Source: an uncultured Chloroflexia bacterium
Lineage (GTDB): Bacteria > Chloroflexota > Limnocylindria > Limnocylindrales > CSP1-4
DNA: 64,000 nucleotides
Direction: 5' to 3'
Assembly (NCBI GenBank): GCA_963748625.1
Contig: CAVVJT010000007.1
Location: 544,001-608,000, forward strand
The position numbers and the translations under genes are program-made. Positions 19,671 through 28,289 of this stretch are shown piece after piece. The notes under the pieces were generated by a model. The model was given only the letters and a program-made list of their open reading frames with translations. It had not been told where the DNA came from and ran no database searches. How positions within the stretch are numbered: the first letter of the stretch is position 1; the number at the start of each line of letters is the position of its first letter.

Positions 19671-20177
19671 TCAGGCGATCAAGGCGCAGACGTCCAGCAC
19701 CCTGGCGCTGGTGATGTCGTAGCTCGCGATCGATCCGTCCGGCGCGATCTCGAGCACGGCCGGTCCGTGGGTCAGGAGCATGTAGCCACGATCGAAGATC
19801 ATGCTGTTGCCGAGGAAGAGCATGGTGGCCGATCCATCGGGATTGCTCACCGTCCGTCCCGGCCCGGAGATGTTGAGCTCGACGCTCTTGGTGCCGTGGC
19901 TCACGGTGACGACGAGCCGGCCTGCGATGTGGACCCACGTGGCGCCACTCCGCAGGGTGAACGTGGTGGCGTACTCGTTGTTCGCCGGGAAGTCGATGGT
20001 GACCCCGAAGGCGCACGTCTCGCCCGGAGCGAACTCGATCGTGCCCGCGGGCAGGAACTCGCGGCTGGGCGCGTCGGCCAGGGCGACCGGGGCGGTCACC
20101 AGCAGCATCGCGACTGCCGTGACGGCGAGCACCAGGCGCCTCGTCGCCTGCCCCGCTGGAGTGGACATGGAACGCAT
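19671..20177 (-). CDS. Secreted hypothetical protein
   Basis: Signal peptide (..APVALADAP), two Cys (CAF and DVCALIA); divergent from SARP regulator; start may be 20168. Confidence 0.7.
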   Translation of the reverse strand: MRSMSTPAGQATRRLVLAVTAVAMLLVTAPVALADAPSREFLPAGTIEFAPGETCAFGVTIDFPANNEYATTFTLRSGATWVHIAGRLVVTVSHGTKSVELNISGPGRTVSNPDGSATMLFLGNSMIFDRGYMLLTHGPAVLEIAPDGSIASYDITSARVLDVCALIA

Positions 20178-20345
20178 CTGATCCTCCAATCCGCGACCTC
20201 CGGACCCGCGTCCCGGTGATCGCATTGCGTGTCGGGCCGGTGATCCGGCCCTTCCGGAATGCTCGACTGGCGTGCGAAACGTCCGGTAAACGAGCCGCGG
20301 TGCTCGTACGATGTCGCGATCGACGCAAGCAGAGGTGCGAGCGTG

Positions 20346-23141
20346 ATGGCGTCCTCCCGTCCGATAGCACCGTCCAGCCCCGGGTCCACGGTTCGGCTGG
20401 AGGTCTTCGGCGGGCTGCGCGCCGAGCGGGCCAGCCGCACCGGCGAGATGCACGCCGTCGGCCTGGGGGGCCGCCAGGAGCGGTCCCTGCTGGCGCTGCT
20501 CGTGGTCCACCGCGGGCAGCCCCTCTCCGGCGAACGTCTGGTGGACCTGCTCTGGCCGGACGAGCCGCCGCCCACGGCCGCCAAGATCGTGCAGGTCTAC
20601 GTCGGGCGCCTGCGATCGACATTTGGCCCCGGGGCGATCGCGCGCACCGGAGATGCCTATCGCCTCACCGGGCTGATAGCGGTGGCCTCCGACGAGTTCG
20701 AACGGCTTGTCACCGCGGGGGTCAACGCCGTAGCGTCCGACCCGCTCACGGCTCTGGACCGGTTGGACGAGGCGCTCGCGGGTGCGATTGGCGAACCGTT
20801 CGGGACCGAGGCGGACCTCCACGAGCTGCGGGCAGCAGCGAGCCGGCTCACGGAACGACGCTGGCAGGCGCAGGAAGCGCGGATCGAGCTGCTGCTGCGG
20901 CTCGGCCGTGTGACCGACGTCCTCGCGGAGCTTCCGGGGCTCCTCGCTGCAGACCCGCTCCGCGATTCTGTCCGGCTGACCGGGATCCGCGCGCTGGCCA
21001 TCGCGGGTCGCCGGGCGGAGGCGCTCACCGCCTGCGACGATGCGGTCCGCTTCCTCCGCGACCAGCTCGGGGTCGGGCCGGATCAGGCACTGATCGATCT
21101 CCGGGCACGCGTCGCCGGCGGTGAGCCCGTAGGGCTCCCGCAGATCGAGCGACCGTTCGCACGCATCCTTCCCGAGCAGGCAGCGCCCTTCGTCGGGCGG
21201 GTGGCGGAGTTGCAGGATCTCTGCGACCGGATGCGCCCGGGCCGGTCGCGGATCGTGACCCTCACCGGCGCCGGCGGCAGCGGCAAGACCCGCCTTGCCC
21301 TGGAGGCCGGCGGGCGGCTGGCCCGTGCCTTCAACGACGCGGTCGCCTACGTCGACCTCTCCGGGGCCCGCGCCGGGGCCGAGGTGTGGCCAGTGATCCG
21401 TTCCGTTCTGGGTGTCGAGGGCCAGGACGGCCGAGCTCTTGGCGACGCCCGCTGCCTGCTGGTGATCGACAACCCCGAACGCGTCGAGGACGTCGCTACC
21501 GCCCTCTCGGCGCTCCTGCGTGACGCGCCGCGGCTCCAGGTGCTCGTTGCCTCGAGGGTGGTGGTCCGAGTGGGTGGCGAGGAGGCCTTTGAGGTCGAAC
21601 CGCTCGATGCCGACGACGCCGCGACCTTGTTTGCGGCGCGAGCCGCGGCCACCGGGGCGGCGCCAGAGCCGAGGGTGGTGGTCGACGCGATCTGCAGGCG
21701 ACTCGATCGGCTGCCGCTCGCCATCGAGCTGGCCGCGCTCCGGGCAAGGGCATTGCCCGGTACGGAGCTCGTGAAAGCCCTGAGCCACAGGCTCCCAGTT
21801 CTCGTCGGTGGCGCCGACGATGGCTCCGGCCGCCACCGCACCATCGAGGCGACCATCGCGTGGAGCTACGACCTCCTGCCGCCGCCAGTCCAAGCCGTCT
21901 TCGTCCGGCTCGCCGTCTTCGAGGGCGGGTGGACGGTGCCGGCAGCGTCGGCCGTGTGCGGTGCGACGCTCGAGGACCTCCAGACCCTGGTCGACCACAG
22001 CCTCGTCCGTCGATCGGGAACACGCATGACCATGCTCGACACGATTCACGAGTTCGCGGCTGGTCGGCTCGACGATTCTGGAACGAGCGCCGCGCTCCTC
22101 CAGCGCCACGCAGCGTGGTACCTCGCCGAGGCGCGGCGTCAGGACGCCGACGCTCCGCCTGAGCAGCAGTACCGGATTCTGGAGGACGATGTCCAGAACG
22201 AGCGGCTGGCGATGGCCACGCTCTGCGCCGCGCCGGTCACGGATGCCGCGCTCGAGCTGGCTGACCTGATGTGGATGACCTGGGTGGGCCAGGGGCGATT
22301 CGCCGAAGGAGACGCCGCGTTCGCCGCCGCCGCCGCTCGCCCGTCGACCGGGCGGCCATCCGCTTGGACGCTCTGTGCCTGGGGCGAGCTGCCGCGGGTC
22401 ATGGGGGACCTGGATCGGGCGGAACAGCTCAAGCTCGAGGCGCTCCGAAGACTGCGTGACGACGGACCACCCAGCCAGGTCGCCGCCGTCAACACGGACC
22501 TGGCCGAGATCGCGAGAGCCCGCGGTGACCTCGGTCTCGCGCGAGCGCATGCGTACGAGGCCGTCGCGATCCGACGCTCCATCGGCAACCCGGCGGGCAT
22601 CGTCCACTCGCTCATCGGCCTCGCCGACGTCGAGGCGGACGAGGGCAATCTCGCCGTTGCGGCGTCGCTGCTTGAGGAGGGCATGAGCTATGTCCGTTCC
22701 GTCGGGCGGATCAGTCGCGAGGCCGGCCACTTCGCGGCCTACGTCCCTCTCGCCCTCGCCCGCGTCCGCATCCTGCAGGCGAAGTTCGATGGGACCGCCA
22801 CGCTCATCAGCGAGGGGCTCGACGCGGCGACCCAACTCCGCCTCGTCGACGCGATCGCGCAAGGCATGGCACTTGCGGCAGCGTTGTCCCTGGCGATGGG
22901 TGACCTCTCCGTCGCCGCCCGACTCACAGGTGCCGTAGAGGCGCTTCGCAACCGGTACGGCCTTCCGGACGGGCTCGTACGTGAGCTTGGCGATCCGGTC
23001 GGGACCCTCATTGCGGCCCTCGGAGCGCAGGAGACAAGAGATCTGATGGCCGCTGGGGCTGCGCTTGGCGATGAGGCCGCCATCCGCCTTGCGACTGAGC
23101 CCCTGGAAGACGCCGAGGGGGAGTCTCTGCGGCCGGGCTGA
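20346..23141 (+). CDS. AfsR/SARP-like regulator (wHTH-BTAD-ATPase-TPR)
   Basis: LLWPDEPPPTAAKIVQVYVGRLR, Walker A GAGGSGKT, LDRLPLAIELAA, IAWSYDLL, C-terminal TPR-like helices. Confidence 0.9.
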   Translation: MASSRPIAPSSPGSTVRLEVFGGLRAERASRTGEMHAVGLGGRQERSLLALLVVHRGQPLSGERLVDLLWPDEPPPTAAKIVQVYVGRLRSTFGPGAIARTGDAYRLTGLIAVASDEFERLVTAGVNAVASDPLTALDRLDEALAGAIGEPFGTEADLHELRAAASRLTERRWQAQEARIELLLRLGRVTDVLAELPGLLAADPLRDSVRLTGIRALAIAGRRAEALTACDDAVRFLRDQLGVGPDQALIDLRARVAGGEPVGLPQIERPFARILPEQAAPFVGRVAELQDLCDRMRPGRSRIVTLTGAGGSGKTRLALEAGGRLARAFNDAVAYVDLSGARAGAEVWPVIRSVLGVEGQDGRALGDARCLLVIDNPERVEDVATALSALLRDAPRLQVLVASRVVVRVGGEEAFEVEPLDADDAATLFAARAAATGAAPEPRVVVDAICRRLDRLPLAIELAALRARALPGTELVKALSHRLPVLVGGADDGSGRHRTIEATIAWSYDLLPPPVQAVFVRLAVFEGGWTVPAASAVCGATLEDLQTLVDHSLVRRSGTRMTMLDTIHEFAAGRLDDSGTSAALLQRHAAWYLAEARRQDADAPPEQQYRILEDDVQNERLAMATLCAAPVTDAALELADLMWMTWVGQGRFAEGDAAFAAAAARPSTGRPSAWTLCAWGELPRVMGDLDRAEQLKLEALRRLRDDGPPSQVAAVNTDLAEIARARGDLGLARAHAYEAVAIRRSIGNPAGIVHSLIGLADVEADEGNLAVAASLLEEGMSYVRSVGRISREAGHFAAYVPLALARVRILQAKFDGTATLISEGLDAATQLRLVDAIAQGMALAAALSLAMGDLSVAARLTGAVEALRNRYGLPDGLVRELGDPVGTLIAALGAQETRDLMAAGAALGDEAAIRLATEPLEDAEGESLRPG

Positions 23142-23294
23142 ACGCTATCCGCGGGACCCGTGCAGGGGCCGGATTCGACAGAGGGCGTATGGTGGGGGTG
23201 CTGGCAGTGTGCCGGCGCCTCGCGTGGCCTCCCTCTTCTTCTCGAACGGGTCGTGCGTCCTCTCCTCGGTTCGAGTTGAGAAAGAGCTAACCCC

Positions 23295-23498
23295 ATGGCC
23301 CACGGGACCATCAAGAAGATCGTCGCTGATCGCGGCTTCGGATTCATCGCGGACGAGGACGGGAAGGACTACTTCTTCCATCGCGACAGCCTCGTGTCGC
23401 CCCTCAACTTCGCCAGCCTTGTCGGCGGCGAGGCTGTCACCTTCGAGATCCAGGATGATCCGAAGGGCAAGCGCGCTGTCCAGGTGACTGCCGCCTAG
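23295..23498 (+). CDS. Cold shock domain protein
   Basis: RGFGFI (RNP1) and YFFHRD (RNP2). Confidence 0.95.
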   Translation: MAHGTIKKIVADRGFGFIADEDGKDYFFHRDSLVSPLNFASLVGGEAVTFEIQDDPKGKRAVQVTAA

Positions 23499-23627
23499 GC
23501 CATTCCGGTTGAACTGAACCGGACGGGATCGGCCTCCGCCGAACCCCGCCCGGTTCTCCCGGTTTGTCCCGCGACCGCGCCGGCGCGGTTCCGCGCCCGG
23601 CGTGCTCGCTCCTTGAACGGAGCATCC

Positions 23628-24821
23628 ATGACGCGCACCGCCTTCGTCTCCACCTACGTGCCGCACCGCTGCGGCATCGCCACCTTCACCAGCGACCTCG
23701 CGGCCGCCACCGGACCGCACCAGGTGGTCGCGCTGCACCCGGTCACGGGCCCCGCGACCTATCCCACTGCCGTCCGCCACCGCATCCGGCGCGACCACCA
23801 CGCGGACTACCTCGTCGTGGCCGAGGCGCTCAACGCGTCCGACATCGACGCGGTCTCCATCCAGCACGAGTACGGAATCTGGGGCGGCACCGACGGCGCC
23901 TACGTCCTGGACTTCGTGCGCGCGCTGCACATCCCCGTCGTGACGACGCTGCACACTGTCCTGCGGACGCCGACGCCGTCGCAGCGCGCCGTCCTTGTCT
24001 CGCTGATCGGCATGTCCGCGGTCACGGTGGTCATGTCGAATGCCGCGGCCGCCGTGCTCGGCAGCGCCTACGGCATCGCCTCGGACCGGGTCCGGGTGGT
24101 CCCGCACGGCGTGCCCAACCTGCCGCTGGTCGACCCCGAGACGATGAAGCCCGGACTGGGGCTCGAAGGGCGCCTGGTCATCCTGAGCTTCGGCCTCCTG
24201 GGCCCCGGCAAGGGCTACGAGTCGGTCATCGAGGCGATGCCCGCCGTCGCCGCGGCCGTCCCCTCGGCGCTGTACGTGGTGCTCGGGGCGACCCACCCCG
24301 ACCTGCTCGCCCGCGAAGGCGAGGCCTACCGCACCCGCCTGGAGAACGCGGCTCGGGACCTCGAGGTGACCGGCAATGTGCGGTTCGTCGACCGCTATGT
24401 CGGCCGGACGGAGCTCGGCCGGTGGCTTGAGGCCGCCGACATCTTCGTGACGCCGTACCCGAACATGGACCAGATCGTCTCGGGGACCCTGTCCTACGCC
24501 ATGGGCGCGGGCAGGCCGGTGGTCTCCACGCCCTACGCCTACGCCCGCGAGCGGCTGACAGGCGGGCGGGGGCGGCTCGTGCCCTCGGGTTCGACCGATG
24601 CGATGGCGCAGTCGCTCATCTCGCTGCTGGGCGACCCTGAGGCACGCCGCGTGATGGGCCGGCGGGCGTACGAGTACACGCGCCACATGACCTGGACCGA
24701 GGTCGGGGCGACGTACGCGGAGATCTTCGCGGAGGTGGCCCGACGGCCCATGCCGTCGCTGGTGTCGTCGCGCGTGCCGTCGCACGCGCCGATGCCGAAC
24801 CTTGCGACCGCCCGTGTTTGA
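23628..24821 (+). CDS. GT4 family glycosyltransferase
   Basis: CGIATFTSDL, IQHEYGIWGG, FGLLGPGKGYE, QIVSGTLSYAMG. Confidence 0.92.
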   Translation: MTRTAFVSTYVPHRCGIATFTSDLAAATGPHQVVALHPVTGPATYPTAVRHRIRRDHHADYLVVAEALNASDIDAVSIQHEYGIWGGTDGAYVLDFVRALHIPVVTTLHTVLRTPTPSQRAVLVSLIGMSAVTVVMSNAAAAVLGSAYGIASDRVRVVPHGVPNLPLVDPETMKPGLGLEGRLVILSFGLLGPGKGYESVIEAMPAVAAAVPSALYVVLGATHPDLLAREGEAYRTRLENAARDLEVTGNVRFVDRYVGRTELGRWLEAADIFVTPYPNMDQIVSGTLSYAMGAGRPVVSTPYAYARERLTGGRGRLVPSGSTDAMAQSLISLLGDPEARRVMGRRAYEYTRHMTWTEVGATYAEIFAEVARRPMPSLVSSRVPSHAPMPNLATARV

Positions 24822-25998
24822 GCCGGTGTTCGCCCCCGTGCGCCCGCGCCTTCCCGGACCCCCCGTACCAGCGCGGCCGGCAGCCGGCCAGGTCCTCCGT
24901 CCGGCGACCGGCCTCCAGCCGCTCCACCCGGTGGTGCGCCACCACCTCCACGAGCTCTCCGGTCCCTTCGGGATCTGGCAGCACGCTCGCGGGACGATGG
25001 CGGACCCCGCGTTCGGCTCGTGCACCGATGACGTCGCACGCTCCCTGCAGGTGGACCAGGCACACGCCCGCACCGTGGGGGTGGACGTGGTCGCCGACAA
25101 CGCCGATCAGGCCCTCACCTTCCTCGAGGACGCCTTCGACCCGACCCGCCGTCGCTTCCGCAACTTCCGGGGAGCGGGCGGTGGCTGGGATCGGGCTGAG
25201 CCCTCCGAGGACTCGCAGGGCCGGGCGATGGCCGCGCTCGGCAGCGCCATGGCATGGACCGAGGCTCCCGGGCTCGCCGAGCGGGCCCGGCTCCTGCTCG
25301 AGGCATCCCTGACCAGCATGCATCGCATCCGGGCGATCCGCGCCGTTGCCTCATGTGCCATCGGGTACGTGGCGGCACTCGACGCGCTCCCCGCTCGCGA
25401 CCCGCTCCACCAGGACGTGGAAGCGGCGCTCCGGCAGGCGGCCGGGACCCTCCGCTTCGCGTTCGCTCCGGCCCGGGGGCCGCGCCACGACCCCGACTGG
25501 CCGTGGCCGGACAAGATCCTCACCTATGAGACGAGCCTGCCGGCGAGCGCGCTGGTGCTCGCAGGGCAATGGCTGGGCGACCAGCTGCTGGTGGACCAGG
25601 GCCTGGCCACCATCGACTGGCTCATCCGCGTCCAGACCGGGCAGGACGGCAGGTTCTCGCCGGTCGGCAACGCCGGCTGGTGGCCCAAGGGCGGCGAGCG
25701 GGCGCAGTACGACCAGCAGCCGATCGAGGCGGCCACGACGATCGCGGCCTGCCAGGTGGCGTTGGCGGTGGCCGACGACCGCCGCTACCGGGCTGCCGCG
25801 GAAGCCGCGTACGGCTGGTTCCTGGGCGCCAACGACACGGGTGTGCCCGTGGCAACCCCGTCCACGGGCGGCTGCCACGACGGGCTCGAGCCGGACGGCG
25901 TCAACGCCAACCAGGGTGCCGAGTCGACGCTCGCGTGGCTCATGGCCCTGGAGCGGATCCGGGTGCTGCGCGAGACGCCGGCCGGGAACGGGCGATGA
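24814..25998 (+). CDS. Glycoside hydrolase-like (alpha/alpha toroid) protein, usually fused to or adjacent to this GT4
   Basis: GIWQHA, CTDDVAR, SEDSQGR, DQQPIEA, NQGAESTLAW motifs. Confidence 0.75.
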   Translation: MFEPVFAPVRPRLPGPPVPARPAAGQVLRPATGLQPLHPVVRHHLHELSGPFGIWQHARGTMADPAFGSCTDDVARSLQVDQAHARTVGVDVVADNADQALTFLEDAFDPTRRRFRNFRGAGGGWDRAEPSEDSQGRAMAALGSAMAWTEAPGLAERARLLLEASLTSMHRIRAIRAVASCAIGYVAALDALPARDPLHQDVEAALRQAAGTLRFAFAPARGPRHDPDWPWPDKILTYETSLPASALVLAGQWLGDQLLVDQGLATIDWLIRVQTGQDGRFSPVGNAGWWPKGGERAQYDQQPIEAATTIAACQVALAVADDRRYRAAAEAAYGWFLGANDTGVPVATPSTGGCHDGLEPDGVNANQGAESTLAWLMALERIRVLRETPAGNGR

Positions 25999-26990
25999 TT
26001 GCGATGGTGCCCCAGCCCAGCGGGGACGGCGACCTGTTCACCCGGCATCCGGCCAACCCCCTGCTCACGGCTGCCGACCTCCCGCTCCGCGCGAACGCCG
26101 TGTTCAACCCGGGCGTCGCCCGGGTTGGCGGGGACACGATCCTCCTGCTGCGGATCGAGGACCTGCGCGGCATCTCACACCTCCGGGTGGCCCGCAGCGC
26201 CGACGGCGCGACGGACTGGCGGATCGACCCCGAGCCCCTGCTGGCCGCGGACCCGGAGCTCCATCCCGAGGAGATCTGGGGCTGCGAGGACCCGCGCCTC
26301 ACGTGGCACGAGGAGCTGGAGCGCTGGACGATCGCCTACACGGCCTACAGCCGGCGCGGTCCGCTTGTTGCGCTTGCGACGACCGCGGACTTCACCGACG
26401 TTCGCCGGATGGGGCCCGTGATGCCCCCCGAGGACAAGGACGCCGCACTGTTCCCGCGCCGGTTCGGCGGCCGCTGGGCGATGCTCCACCGACCGTCACC
26501 GCTGCGTGGCAACGCCCACATCTGGATCTCGTACTCACCGGATCTGCGCCACTGGGGCGACCACGGGCTGCTGCTCGAGGCGCGCGACGGGGCGTGGTGG
26601 GACGCCGGGAAGATCGGCCTGGGGCCGCCGCCGCTCGAGACGCCCGAAGGGTGGCTCATCTGCTACCACGGCGTGCACCAGACCTCGGCCGGCCCGATCT
26701 ACCGGATCGGCCTGGCGCTCCTGGATCTCGACGACCCGCGGATCGTGCTCCGTCGCACGGACGAGTGGGTGATGGGGCCGTCCGCCCCCTACGAGATCCA
26801 CGGGGATGTCAACAAGGTGGTGTTCCCCAATGGATGGGTGCATGACCCGGTCACGGACGTGCTCTCCATGTACTACGGGGCGGGCGATTCGGCCGTGGCG
26901 CTCGCGACGGCGACGCTGACGGATGTGCTCGCACGGGTGATGGCCGCTCCGCAGCCGCATCAGCGCCGCGCAGGGGACCCCGGCGCGTAG
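25995..26990 (+). CDS. GH130 family glycoside phosphorylase/hydrolase
   Basis: VFNPG, GCEDPR, DKDAALFP, LHRP, YHGV, VVFPNG motifs. Confidence 0.92.
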   Translation: MIAMVPQPSGDGDLFTRHPANPLLTAADLPLRANAVFNPGVARVGGDTILLLRIEDLRGISHLRVARSADGATDWRIDPEPLLAADPELHPEEIWGCEDPRLTWHEELERWTIAYTAYSRRGPLVALATTADFTDVRRMGPVMPPEDKDAALFPRRFGGRWAMLHRPSPLRGNAHIWISYSPDLRHWGDHGLLLEARDGAWWDAGKIGLGPPPLETPEGWLICYHGVHQTSAGPIYRIGLALLDLDDPRIVLRRTDEWVMGPSAPYEIHGDVNKVVFPNGWVHDPVTDVLSMYYGAGDSAVALATATLTDVLARVMAAPQPHQRRAGDPGA

Positions 26991-27057
26991 CGGACACGGC
27001 TCGCAGGCGGCACAGGCATGGTCCCGAGGGTGCTCCGCCGCGACCGCCTCGTGACAG

Positions 27058-27087
27058 ATGCCATACACAGGTGGCATCATAGGTGGC
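27058..27087 (+). promoter_or_regulatory. Putative TA operator/promoter
   Basis: ATGCCA..TGGCAT inverted repeat plus direct repeat AGGTGGCAT x2 immediately upstream of the antitoxin ATG. Confidence 0.5.
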
Positions 27088-27411
27088 ATGGAGAAGACGA
27101 CGGTCTACCTGAGCGCGGAGCAGAAGGCCGCCCTGGCCACCACCGCGCGGGTTGAGGGGCGGAGCGAGGCGACGCTGATCCGCGCCGGGATCGACATCGT
27201 GACCGCCCGGCATCGCACTGGCGAGGTGCCGGCACCGTACGCATCCACTGAGGATGGCCAGACGGAGGAGGTCAGCGTGCCGCGCCGGCCGCGCTGGATC
27301 TCACGCGAAGTCTTTATCCGGGACTTCCTCAACCACCAGGCAGACGCGGGTCTGCGCGTCGACCTCCGCGAGCTCGCGGGCGGCACAACGGACGACGAGC
27401 CGATCCCGTGA
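27088..27411 (+). CDS. vapB: VapB antitoxin (RHH/CopG-like N-terminus)
   Basis: MEKTTVYL..GRSEATLIR RHH-like motif; GTGA overlap with PIN gene. Confidence 0.8.
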   Translation: MEKTTVYLSAEQKAALATTARVEGRSEATLIRAGIDIVTARHRTGEVPAPYASTEDGQTEEVSVPRRPRWISREVFIRDFLNHQADAGLRVDLRELAGGTTDDEPIP

Positions 27412-27794
27412 GCGACGCCATTGTGGACACGAGCGTGTTCATCGCGGCAGAGACCGGCAGGAGCCTTCGCTTGGCTGACCTGCCGCAGCGGCTCGCCGTG
27501 TCGGTCATCACGATCGGCGAGCTTCGGGCCGGTGTCCTCGCGGCGCCGGACCTCGCGACCCGCGATGCGCGCCTGGCGACGCTGACGGCCGCGCTGGCAC
27601 TTGACCCGTTGCCGGTCGACGTCGAAGTTGCGGCTGCGTGGGCGCATCTCCGCGTGCTGCTGCGTGTGGCAGGAGCCCGCATGGAAGTGAATGACAGCTG
27701 GATCGCGGCGACTGCGCTGCGGATGGGCGTGCCGGTCGTGACCCAGGATGGCGGCTACCCCGAGCTTCCGGGCCTCGAGATCATCCGCGTCTGA
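27408..27794 (+). CDS. vapC: VapC PIN-domain toxin (VapC5-like)
   Basis: IVDTSVFIA, ITIGELRAG, NDSWIAATA, VVTQD acidic PIN residues. Confidence 0.93.
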   Translation: MSDAIVDTSVFIAAETGRSLRLADLPQRLAVSVITIGELRAGVLAAPDLATRDARLATLTAALALDPLPVDVEVAAAWAHLRVLLRVAGARMEVNDSWIAATALRMGVPVVTQDGGYPELPGLEIIRV

Positions 27795-27890
27795 CGCACG
27801 GCCTGGGCGAGGTTGCCATCGCTGGCTCGAGCCAGCGCACGGCGGCATGGTCGTGCTGCCTTTCTTGTCGTCGCGTCGGGTATCCGGTGA

Positions 27891-27943
27891 CACGGGCCGT
27901 GTCGGGCGCACGGGCCGTGTCGGGCGCACGGGCCGTGTCGGGC
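27891..27943. repeat. 18-bp tandem repeat x3
   Basis: CACGGGCCGTGTCGGGCG units at 27891, 27909, 27927. Confidence 0.95.
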
Positions 27944-27944
27944 A

Positions 27945-28101
27945 TGCACAGGAAGCAATACTTGAGCCCCGGACTGCCGCGGAAGTGCTCCAGAGGCATC
28001 GTCACGACAGGAATTGGCCGTCAAGATGGCCGAGACTGCACTCTGGCTGCTCCTGGCGCAACGGCACGGCGTGACGCCCCCGAGGTATTGCTTTGAGTGC
28101 A
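27945..28101. repeat. 157-bp palindromic intergenic element (family C, copy 1)
   Basis: TIR TGCAC..AAGCAATAC / GTATTGCTT..GTGCA; co-linear with 48449-48606. Confidence 0.75.
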
Positions 28102-28289
28102 CTGCCCGCCACTGTCGACAGGCGACGGCCGACGACAGCGAGGGCCGGCTGACGGGACGGGACGGCGGTGCGACCGACCTGCAACGCGCACGGGGCCACC
28201 CGCAGGCCTAGACTGGACGTGGCGACTGGACGCGACGCCATCGCCATCCCTGCCGCCCGTCGCGCGGCCGCCCATTGGAGACAGCCCTG

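Noticed and set aside
19671-22862. 1063-aa minus-strand ORF and other long Arg/Pro/Gly-rich ORFs in the track
   Set aside because: Shadow ORFs of high-GC coding sequence. Only the last ~168 codons of this one look like a real gene.
20346-23141. STAND ATPase as an Avs/NLR-like defence protein
   Set aside because: The N-terminus is a wHTH-BTAD DNA-binding module typical of AfsR-like regulators, not a nuclease or other effector.
27891-27943. 18-bp repeats as CRISPR or iterons
   Set aside because: No spacers and no rep or cas gene; a simple tandem duplication.
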